A DNA stretch of 64,000 bases, taken from an uncultured Planctomycetia bacterium. GTDB taxonomy: Bacteria > Omnitrophota > Gorgyraeia > JABMRG01. Under the pieces are notes generated by a model. That model was given only the letters and a program-made list of their open reading frames with translations. It was not told the origin of the DNA and did no database searches. Each line of letters begins with the position of its first letter. Within the stretch, counting starts at the first letter, position 1. Positions 50,969-62,900 of this stretch are shown piece by piece. The translations under genes and the position numbers were made by a program. The stretch covers positions 116,825 through 180,824 of the forward strand of contig CAZWMG010000001.1 of assembly GCA_964634945.1 (NCBI GenBank), given 5' to 3'.

Positions 50969-53900
50969 TTACGCGTTCTGTGCAACGAGATCATTTATTC
51001 TCTTAATCTCATCATTGTCTATAGGCTTAATCCTTATTGTCCCTGAGCCTGAATTCCCAAACATTGATTCCCAGTTTTCATTCGATATACCAATTTCAAT
51101 ACCTCTCTCGTTCATAAACGCGGCAAGTTGTTTAAATGGCACGCGGAATATTGCCAATACTACCTGTGATGCTGTCACTATATTATTTGCCGTACCAGCA
51201 GATTGTTCAACCTGTACGAATCTTGTCTGATCAGCGGTAATGGATGCAGGCTTATTGTAACGATAGACAATAGTAGCAGTACTTGCTTTCTTGAGGCCGG
51301 TTGTTACTGTTATGCCGTGCTCCTTAAGTTTACTTACTGCCTGGGCACTATTATCGCCATATACTGATATAGATACAGTCTCCTTTACATTATTAGGCAT
51401 CTTATTTATTATAACACCTAATGTCTCAGCAAGCATATCTGTAACTGTATCTGATTCCAGTACAAGAGCCTGTCCTGCTGTTATAGGCAGCTTGTAACCT
51501 TGTGTAGTAACTGTGTTAACAATATTTACCGCTGTTTGCGCTGTATCAAGGCCAAATTCCGAAACGTCAATAATGATGCCGGCAGACGCGCTCTTTGAAT
51601 CCGACACAGGCTCTGAACCGGTCTGTGTATATGATAGGCCCTTTTCAATGAGGCCTGAAGAAGACTGTTTCAATATATCTGGCGATGGCTTCTCTTCCGG
51701 ACTAATCTTAGGAGCATCGGTCGTTGTTGTTTGAGATACCGGTTCCTTACTACCTGATGTAGCCGCTGGCTGCTGTGCGTCTTCTCCCTGCTCTTTGCCT
51801 GCAGCAACATCTAATGCCTCGATATATGCCTGCATTATGAAATTATTCATATTAATTAGCTGAACGGATAAAGGCACATCTCTAACAAACTGCTTTTGTT
51901 TTAGCACCCCTTCTTTTTTGAGCCTTAATACCTCTCTCTGCGCTACAGGCTCAGCTTTTGCTCTTGCCGCTGCCTGCTGTGTTGATTGCGCCTTAGCATC
52001 CTCTAATCCATCTTCTACTGGTAAATCCTTTAATGCTGCTTCATAAGCCTTGCTAACCTTTTCTGCGGCTTTTGATAACTTAATGAACCTATTGAAAGCC
52101 CCATCAACTGCTTTTGGATTACCTTGGCTTGTTTTGTCTAATAATCCTGCGGCTACAAGCTGTGGCACAATAGCCTGTCTTGCTTTAATAGATGCCTTAT
52201 GCTCTTTCATATCGTAGCTTGGTTTTATGTTAAGAATATCTGAGAGCAGAGATGTAATCGCTGTTCTCATTTGCTCAGGACTATACTTATACTCACCTTT
52301 TACATCTTTTATACCATTTGCGATCTTCTCCTGACTATTTTTAAGGGTCTCTACAGCTTCCTTATATTCATCAGAAGCATTACCTGAGACTGCCTGATCT
52401 TCAAACTGCTCTATGGACTGCTCAACAACCTCCTCAATTATCTCATCAAAGGTCTTTCTGGTTCTAATGCCTTCTTCATTCACGTTAGTAAATGTATTTA
52501 ATCTGTATGCGTAATGGCCTTTGGCACCGCCCATCGAGTTAACGGTCTTTTCTCTTAAATAATCTACAGTCTCAAGGAACTCAGGGCTATCGTATAATAT
52601 CTTTGACATAAGCCCATCTACAATTATCTTATTCTTTATTTCATCCGCTAAATCTTTAGACAGAGAAGTAGTGAGCCATGATATCTCATCATTAAAATGT
52701 GAAAGTTCATGCAGCATCTGCTCCAGTATTAGCCAGCCGGATGCAATCTTACCGCTGGTTGCATCATGGTCTATCGCTGCTTTTGCGAATTTTATAAAGT
52801 CTCTTGATAGAGCTATTGTTGGCCGCGCTACTATGTTGCCTTCTTCGCTAAATATTACTACGCGCTCTGCCTGAGCCTTTTCAGCTACTGAACCGCCTGC
52901 TGTCTTCTTAACCATTCTAACCACAACACCATCCGGAGAGCCATTCTTAGCTGCATCCATTAGCACATCAAATAACTGTGTAAGCTCTTCACCGTTGCCT
53001 TTTTTTGATAAGTAATCTTTTATACTATCCATAGAACTGAAGGCAACATTTAATGCGTTAATAAGCTCCTTTATATCTCTTCTTGCTGAATTAGAAGATA
53101 TTGTCAGCTTATCACCTGCCCACTTTACTAGCACAGAATCAGTTGCTGTCTGCGCAAAGTCCCTGTAGACCTTTTGGACCTCTTCATAAAATCCTGATTT
53201 CATATCCAGGTTAGCGAGATGTTTTTTCATAAACTCATCTATATAAGCATCCTGGTTGTTAACCTTGTCCAATTTTATATCATGATACAACTCTGTTAGA
53301 TTAGCCTCAATATCCGCTTCATTAGCGCTTGAACTTCTTGCCTTTAAGAAACTTGTAATCCTAGCGTTTATATCTTTAACATTCAGATTGTGTATACTAA
53401 TATATGCTTTAGCATAAGAGGTTGCCGCTTCATTAAGTTCCTGATTCTTCTTCAGTAGGGGTTCCACAATCAATTCTAGTTGTTTATTGAGCTTTAATAT
53501 TTTAGCCTTTATTACCATGGATCTCTTCTTATCAACATCATCATCTAAATCAAGGGCCTGCAACTCTTCTTCTAGTGACTTCTTCTCTCTCTTAATGCGG
53601 TATATCTTTGACGCAAACAACAAGCGCTCTCTTTTTTTCTCAAGTTTTGTCTTTGCTCTTGCGTACTTAAGCGTTGCATTTGCCATGTCAAATAATTGGT
53701 CATTATCCGCGAAGGCATAGCTATCTTCTGTAAGCATCCTTGTATTATCAATATCCTGGGCAAATTCAATAGATATCGCTGCCTTTATCGCCAGATGAGT
53801 CATAACATCATCTCCCGCTATATCGCTTACCATTATGTCTATCTTCTCATCGGAGGGCTTTGCGACCTTAAACATTATTTGTTTAGCTCTAAATCTGTTC

Positions 53901-56900
53901 TTGAGCATACGTAGAGTCTTTTTAAGCTCCTTCTTCTTAGACTCTTTCTTCTGCTCCGCTATCCTATACTGCGTGATTGCTATGCGTTCCTCTAAATCAT
54001 CTATAGCGACCTTTCTTCTTAAATATTTAAGGAACTTTTCATTGCTCTTTATATCGCCTTTGTTATACGCAATTACCAATGCCTTTGCGAATTCTCGCCT
54101 TGCTGCTAAAGGTTCTTCTGTATTTAACAATGCCTTCTTAAGGTTTGTTTGAGTAAATTCTAAGCCCGGGAACTTTTTCTTCAAAGCATTATACTCTTTA
54201 GCAATCTCATATAAGCCATTAGCGTCAAAATCTTTTAAGGAGTTGCTTGTTCCTATTAGGCCTATTACGGATACTGCAATAGAGGCCTCAGAATCATCCT
54301 TTATGCTGCGGTCGTTATCCTTAAGCATCTTAACTATCTGCTGAAACTCTTCCGGCGGAAGCGCCATCTTAAGAGATATAATTTTTATAGCTACCTCAAG
54401 CACCATCATGCCTCTTACTGTAAGATTGTTATCATTATCCACCATATCGTTATCTCTCATAAATCTTACTAATTGCCCAACTGCAGCATTAGCATCTACG
54501 CTAGCATTAACAGTCCCTTCACCTTTCGCGCTCTCTATATCATCCTGAGCATCTTTTATAGCTGTTTTAAGAGCGATCTCAACCTCATCTACTGTAAGTG
54601 TTCTTTCCTCAACATCTTCATCCTGTGCTTCCAGAGTTCTTGCTGTACGTGCCTGGGCAGCTGTCAGGGTCTGCCTAAACGCTCCGGCAACATCGCCTGA
54701 GAACGATGGCAGTACATAAGGGATAAATCTTCTTGCGGCATTATAAAGCTCTGAATACGTTTCAGCATCCTTAAATGTACTCTCATATGCCTGCCCGGAC
54801 GACTTTCTCAGTATCACACCCTCGTATTCCGATAACAATGGCTTTAGTTCTCTTTCGACAATCCTTATTGATTCTGCTGTCTTAACAGATTCCATATCCT
54901 CCATAAGAGACTTTATAAATTCGACCCCAATGCTTGCGTTAGTATTGAATATCTCAGTTATCAGGGCCTCTGCATCCATAGGCTTATCCAATAGGTCGAG
55001 TGCCGCACTGCGCTGATCAGACTGCTTATCAAGTAGCTTAAGCAGATGCTTCTCAAGGACCTTTCCTTCTGATGTTTGCGCAGTCTCCGGGTTTTCGCTT
55101 CCGTATTTTCTAAGTAGATTTTTAGCTGCCTCAACAAGATAACCTTGGGCAACATCTGTTATAATGTAGGCATTTGATTTTGACATTTGTATAGCGCCTA
55201 CAACCTTAAGCATAAGCTGGGTAGCGGACTGAAAATCATTCTCAATAAACCCATCTATATCATCCTTAGAAGACGCGAACTTATCCAGAAGAGTCTTTGT
55301 ATTCTTAAATTCATCATTCTGCCTGTACTGTTCCGGTGATATCATATTGCTTAACTGAGTAAGGTTGCCCCTTAAGTACTCAAGGCGCTTTTTAAGAGAT
55401 TCTTTATTTACATAGATTACTCTTGTCGCTATATCTGATTCTGAACGTTGCACACGATAGAGCCCCTGTAGTAACAGATCTTCCGCAAGCTCATCAGCAA
55501 CTATATGTATATCAACATCACCGTTATAGTTTAATCCTATCAGGCCACCTTCATTTATGAATACAGCGTGTCCTCTTTGAGCCTGTTTTGCTATCTCATT
55601 TACATCGCCATCCTCATTAGATGCTACTATGTTATTCTCATCTTTCACAATGTATTTAACAATATCTTTATCCAGCCTATTCTGATCAGCGCCTAGGGCT
55701 TCTATCAGATCTTTTATGTTCTCTTCCTTTCGTTTCATGTTTGGATCATTCTTATCAAGTTTTTCTATCACAGAATTCTGCTCATCTATAATGCGTTGCA
55801 GCTTTTTATATATAGCATCTCTTAATCTCTTTCTTAATATGTCATCCCCCTTAATACGTCTTTCAAGCTCTTCCTGAGTACGCTTTCTCATATCTTCGTT
55901 AGCTGTATATATCGCGACACCACCTTGAGTGCGAAGCGACTCTATAGCACCGCTTACAATCTGGGCAATCAATACTTTTTCATCAGCATATTTACAAAGC
56001 ATATGGCTAGGATGTATCCTACCAAAAGTCTTATTATCTATCTCTAACTCTCTATATTCGCTCATTTTTTCATTTGCACTAGCTATCGCGCCTGGAAGCG
56101 CGGAATCATCAACACCGACAAGGTCAATCATCTTATAAACTATATCATTTCCATCACTATCTTTCGTAAATACCGGTATCTCAGAGCGCTCGAAATCAAT
56201 CTCAATTCCTGTTACCGCAGGAAGCATAGCAATTACCTCAAAGAACGTTCCTGAGCCGCCGGCAACATGCGCTCTTGAATTCATACCAAATATCTCGCGC
56301 AAAGTTGACTGCATGTTTGTCGCGTTGTAGGTAAGGCCTGTTACTAAGATCTCTTCATTATCTGTTATCTGCCTGTGTAGTTCTGCTATAGCACTATCGT
56401 CATCTGTATCATTTATGTATTTATTATGCTGTAATGCTATTGCTATAACATAACCCATATCCTGAAACATAGATGAATACTTTGCCCTGCCTTGCCCAAC
56501 AGGTACAATCTTCTTATCAGCTGTTACAAGGTAATCCTGCCCAATACGATGGTTGAGAGCCCTTAACACGCTCTCAACCTCAGACAGTTTAATGCCTTCC
56601 TTGGTAAGCTCGTTCTGAAGTTCTCTTGACGCATAAACAGCATCAAACTCTCTGTCATAGCATACCGCCATACCTGTATTCCTGTAGTTGCTTTTAAATA
56701 ACTCGACATCTCCTTTTAAATCTCTTATATTTAACTTCTTACCTTTCTTTGTCTCTAACACGCCTCCTTTAAATATCTTAAATATTTTCTCGATAGCCTC
56801 TAATTTCTCAGCTGTAACCTCTTTTTCAGCAAGACCACCTTCAATAAATGTATCTCGAACTTTCAGCACGCTATCAAATTCATCAATCCTTAAGATGTTT

Positions 56901-59900
56901 GTCTTAGCAACAGCGTTAAACAACTCATCATTTTCCGCATGCGCTATAGTATTCTGTAAATGGCCTCTTGCTTCACGGCTTATTATCACTACCTGATTAG
57001 GATCATTAAACGCCTCTGTTACCTTCTTATACGCGGCCCTCTTTCCTGCTTTTCCTTCTGCGGATGCATTTTTGAAATCATCTATCAGCTTGTCGCCGCT
57101 TACCATCTTAAGGCCAAAACCATGCAACAAGGTATATTGTGAATGCTCTAAGCCTTTATTTCCATCATCCTTATCAGATAGTGGATTTAAATACTTATCA
57201 ACTGCCTGCGGGCTTTCTAATATCACCATGCCAGCGAGATCGTTGCCTTTTATCAGACTCTCTATACACATCTCTGCTGCAAAAGCATATGTTTTACCGC
57301 CTGCCATTGATAAAGCACCGAATTTTCCTTCAAATAGACTCTTGATAAACTTCTGTTGCTTTGCACGTAATCCGATCTCCTTGTTGCTTAACGCTGACTC
57401 TCTGGCAGCAAGTAAATTAGCGATAGCAAGTCCAAATGCCAGCGCCTGAACATCATCAGTCGCGTGTTCTGTTTCATCTAGTTCAAGACAAGCTTCTTCA
57501 ACCTCATTTCTATTGCCTTTTATATCTGTCTTTGTTATTGTCACGCTTAGGCCTGTTGCGATATCTTTTACGCGATCAACAAAAGCCTTATACGCATCTC
57601 CTGAGCCCTCTGTAAGATTTTCGTATTCAACCTGTTTTTCATTCAGCTCAGACCTTCTCTCATTGATCTGATTCTGCAAAGTTGCAGCTTCTTTCTCTTT
57701 CGCCTTTTGCAGTGTCTTATTGCCATCGTTCCTTGCGCTTATTATCTCTTTTTGCAATTCATCAAAACTGGCAGTTAATTCGCTTATACCCTTTGCCATG
57801 TCTGCCATCTGATCTTTGAACAATACTATCTTCACTCTTGACTCACTATGTTTGCTGTCTGCTACATCAAGCAATTCCATTGCGCCGGAGGCTTCTTTCT
57901 GCACTGCATTCACAATAGCCTCTCCTGCTTTTTCCACAAAATCGTTCTGCTCCGGTGTTAAGGTTCTTGTTAGCTCAAGTTTTCTCAGCATCTGTTTTAT
58001 GAACTTGTTGTTAAATTGCTGATAGAATCTTCTCTTTTCAATTATCGTTTTCTGCTCATCTTCATTATTGGTTAGGCCTGCTACTATATAATCAAAGTCA
58101 TCCTGTCCGGATTCTGTATGTATCATTGCCTCGTAAAGGGCCTGACGTAGTATGTTCTTAACATAGGTATCTAATCTGGCAAAATCGAGGAATGAATCGA
58201 GCGCTGAATTTATATTAATATCATTTGCAGGCGAGGCTGCCTGAACAGCTGCTGCATTATCTATTATAGACTTCAGTATGGCTGATGTAGCTCTTGGATT
58301 ATTTTTGATAACCTGCACATATTCTTCAAATGACTCAAGCTCTAGCTCCTTCTTGGTTTCGCCATTAGCTTTAAAGCTATCTACCAATAGCCTGCTAGCT
58401 CTAGCAACGATCTCTTGTGTCTCTTCTTCAATTTGCGTAACTGTTTCCAGAGCCTGTTTTGAAGCTATCTCTGAGTCAACGTCTTTTAATGTACCGCTTA
58501 ATAACGCTTGCTCCAACATGTCTATACGATCAAGCGCATCAGAATCAACAAGCGATTTAAGATCTTTCTTATTCAATACGATCTCTTCAGTGAGCTGTTT
58601 TAACTCAACCAGAGACGCTAACCCGCCAAATTCAATCTCTGCTGTGTCTAAATTGATCTTTGATATCTTTTCTACCGCAATATCCGCAGCTTGCACTATA
58701 TTTTTGACAGATTCAGCTAAAGATGCCCTGGCTGCGTTATGCTTAATATCTTTTGCTGCCTTTGCTACGTTACCTATGACACCGGCTGCTGAAGTCGCGA
58801 AACGCGCATTGTACTGTGGAGATAGCTCAACATCTTGGCCGCTATCCTCTACAGAGGTAGTCATGTTTAAAGTGGTATTCGCGAATATGCTTCTTAAGCC
58901 TGTGCGCGTATTATCGATATCTACTTTTAGTGTCTTTATGTCTGATGCTGATGCATCGAGCTTCTGCTTCATTTGAGGCAAGGCCTGCTCTAATGTTGAT
59001 AATGCTAGCTCCATCTTTGCAGCAGCGTCAACCAGTTCTATTTGCTGCGCCTTAGTTGCTGTCTGTGAGTCTATAGCTTTTGCCTGAGCCGCAACCTGTT
59101 TAACAGCAACCTTTACCATGCCCACTGTTCTTGCCTGCGTAAGCTCGCCTGCAAAGGTCTCCTGAGCAGCATAATCCTCATATACACCTGCTATGCTTTT
59201 CTTTGATGCCTTATTAATAGATTCACACAGCTTTGTAATATTATTAGCCACCCTGGTAGCGCTATCTGTAAACTGCTTAACTGAAACACCAACTGATTTA
59301 CCATCAAGCACATCTGAAATCTCAACTACAAACTCCTGCAAACCTTCAGGCATCCAACTTAAAAACAATCTTGCCAGTATGACCTCTTTTATTGCCTCTT
59401 CATATATGCCGCCTACTATTCTACTTGAAAAGCCTCCCAATTTTCCCAACATAGTTGCTTCTGGTGCCTCAGCCAAATAAGCAAGCTTACCCTGTATAAA
59501 GCTTGATACAGCGCTAAATGATTTCGCGATAATCCTGCCTATGGTCTGAGGTAACCTAACTAGTGTTAGAAAAGTAATGGCATTAAGCGCGCCGTTAAGA
59601 AAGCTTCCGCCACTTATCGCACTTTTAAGAGTGGAATCTGCTGTGATACTAAACTTCATTGCCCAAGATGAACTTGTCCTTGCTGCAACATCCTTAAATG
59701 GGCCTGATACTCTATTTGATGTAAAGTTCGCTATCCTATGACCCAGTGCAACTAGGGCAGGGGAAAGAGCAGTAAATACCGCTGTAAAGAGTATTCTTTG
59801 CGGATTCAGGTTTTCAGCTAAGGCGTTAAGCACCGAACCTTTACCCATCTGTCGCATCGTTCCATAGATGGTTTTTAAGGCACCTGGCCTCATATTGGCT

Positions 59901-62900
59901 ACAAAATCATCTGTTATGCCAAACGTGTTAAGCCCAGCGCTTGCCATTGAACCTGCTAAATGTAATGATATGCTCATGCCATATGTCAGGTTCCAGACAG
60001 TAGCTATACCATGTTTGTACATATGTTTTGCCCATTTAGTTGAAAGGCTTGCGACTACTTTTGATGCCGCAATCAGCCTCTGAGAGGCTGCAGCCATTAT
60101 GCCTTCACCGGCAGCTGCCTTTGTTACTGCAGAAGCTACCTTTGTTGATGCTGTAGTTATCTTTGAGCCAACATAGGTAAGTGGTTTTGCCGCTATATTG
60201 AGGATTTTTGCAACAGCCTCAATAGACTTAATGCTACCAATTGTACGAGCTATAGAGGTAGTAGCTTTTAGCGCTATGTTTAAAACAGATTTAATGCCTC
60301 TTAATATGATCCCTCCCGCAGCAAGAAGCGCTATATCAATTAACATCTCTGCTCCTGCCAATGTATACTTGTAAGTGCTATCATTTTGTATCTTATACAT
60401 ATCATCTATGCTCGTTACAGTAAAATCTACATCAAAACTTTCTCCGTTAAGCAACGAAGCAACTGAGGCAGCAACATAGCCAATAGCAGAACCAAGATGA
60501 TATACTGCCCAGGAAACAGCAGCGCCCATCCTATATGCGAATAAGGCGCCTTCGCTAGCTGAATCCAATACGGATTGCTGGCCTGTACTAATATCGATAG
60601 ATGTCATCTGATATATAGTTTCGTTATTACCTGTAATATGCTGATACCAGTACTTTGTCTCTATGCTTAGACGTAATATGGATGTATCGGCATCATAACT
60701 GATATTGGCATTATCCTGGCCACTTGTAATAATAAAGCTATCATCAGATGTTCTTGTTGCTGTAACAAGCTCCTGATTGCCCTGCATATCAGTTAAAGTC
60801 TGCGAAGCTGTTATAAGCACGCCATCTCTTATATATGTGTAGCTCTTTAGCATTCCTGACGAGGTTATAACGCCGGTTGACGATGAAACAGAATTTACAG
60901 TTACGTTAATAATATCATTAGGTATAGCAATATCTGCCTGCATAGCAACGTCACCGGTTGTTTCGCCTGATGATGAATATGTTGTAACCGCAATATTCTC
61001 ATCTATGTACATACCAAGAACATCTGCTTGTTCCAGTAACTGCAACGCATTCATACCACTTAATAGTTCTGTGCTGACCTTATCTATTTGATCCTGTCTA
61101 TCTTGTCCTGTTAGCATGCAATCATAAGTAGCATCAACATATACTTCCGCAATTGTCCTTTGAAGAGCAGGGACTATTGTAGCGCTATCTTTCTCGTTGA
61201 GCTCTCCTATTGTCAAACCTAGCGCACTTAAAGTCACGTTAGGTGTGCTTAGATTTATTGATAGTCTATACTCTTTGCCAGTATATGTAAAATCTGTTAT
61301 CTTAATTGTGTGCCCACCACTAAGAACTGATAGTGCCATTAGGCTATCAGGGCTATCTGATATGAAGTTTATAGTTACGCTCAAACCATCCTTATCAGAG
61401 ACAATACCCGCACCTTTTTCTCTTGCTGTCTGGAATTGAATATTATATGATACTTCTGAGTTCTGTATATTATTCAGATACTTGCCAAAACCATCTTGCA
61501 TATTTTGCTTCTTTGCATCGATGCGTGCCTTACAATCCGCTATCTGATCTTTATCATAAAAGTCGCTATCTATCAGGGTCACCATCTGCAATAAGCCTTT
61601 GATCTCATCTGTTAAGGCATCGACTTCCGCTTCTAAATTCTCTAAAAATATTTGATTCATACATGCGGCGATTTTATAGGCTGACCAGAGACCTTTATCC
61701 TCCGCATTAACTTTATTATTAGCTAATGATTCGCTTACAAATTCATAAGGATTGTCAGGATCATCCGTAAACCAGCTACCGATTCCTTTTTGAGATTCAT
61801 ACTCTTCAAAAAGTTTTGTAGAAGCATTAACCAGGCTCTGCATATAAACGCTAAGCTTTGCAAGCTGGGCCGGATTCATATCAGCCAAACCTTGGCCATT
61901 TTCAATATCAATAAGCCCCTGTTCTGTAAGCGTATTAAGAAAAGCGTTTATGTCGCTTTCATCAAGCTTGCCCTGCGCAATACCACCTGCAAGAAGAGCG
62001 AATAAAGCGCCTATTGTTCCTGATATCTTCTGATCTGCGGGATTGCAAAGTATAGGCATCACAACAAAGCTCTGCTCATATTTCTCTGAATCCTTGTCTG
62101 TGGTATTTTTATATTTATCTATAGTCGCTAAAATCTCCACCTTTTCTTGTGCATAAGCGGCTCTCTGGGCATCTGATAGCTCATCTGAATCTGCTCCCAT
62201 AAGCCAGTCCTCCTTAACCATTAAATCAACTTCTATCTGCGAGAGCCTATCCTCAAGTTTTTCTATTAGCACACTATATGGTATGATTTTAGAAGAATCC
62301 ACTGCCTGAACAGCTATCAGATCGTTATCGCCATCTTTACCATACATGATAGTCGTTGAAAGCTCGATAAGCATCGTTATCAGCTTCTTAGCAGATGCTG
62401 ATATATTGATGTCATTGAGATACTCTTGAAGCTTCTGTTTTGACACAAACGTAATGATAGTTTTTGTAGCTTTATTGTAGCCGAGAACAAAATCTGATAG
62501 TGACATGCTTTCATTATGCCACTGCTGTAATGTTATTTTAGCCCCTTGATAAGATATTTCAGAGGTAACATCCAGGTTATCTTTTACAATAAATATCTTA
62601 TTTGTATTTTCATTATATCCGGTGCCTAATCCTATTGAGATATCTCCATCTTTCATCTCTATCTGCGTAACACCCGCTGATAATACGTAACCACCTGATT
62701 TCAAATCTTCGGCAAGTACAAATCTTCCTTGCTTATTAAGCTCTATTGTGAGGCTAGATAAATTATCTGCAAAATTAACCTCTTTTCCGTCAAATATAAC
62801 CTTAAGATTGTCTTTTGAATTCTTATCAAGCTTCGTCGTAAACAATATTCTCTTGCCTGTTGTTAGTGTTACATTAAATTCTCTGCCTGCAATCTTTGCG

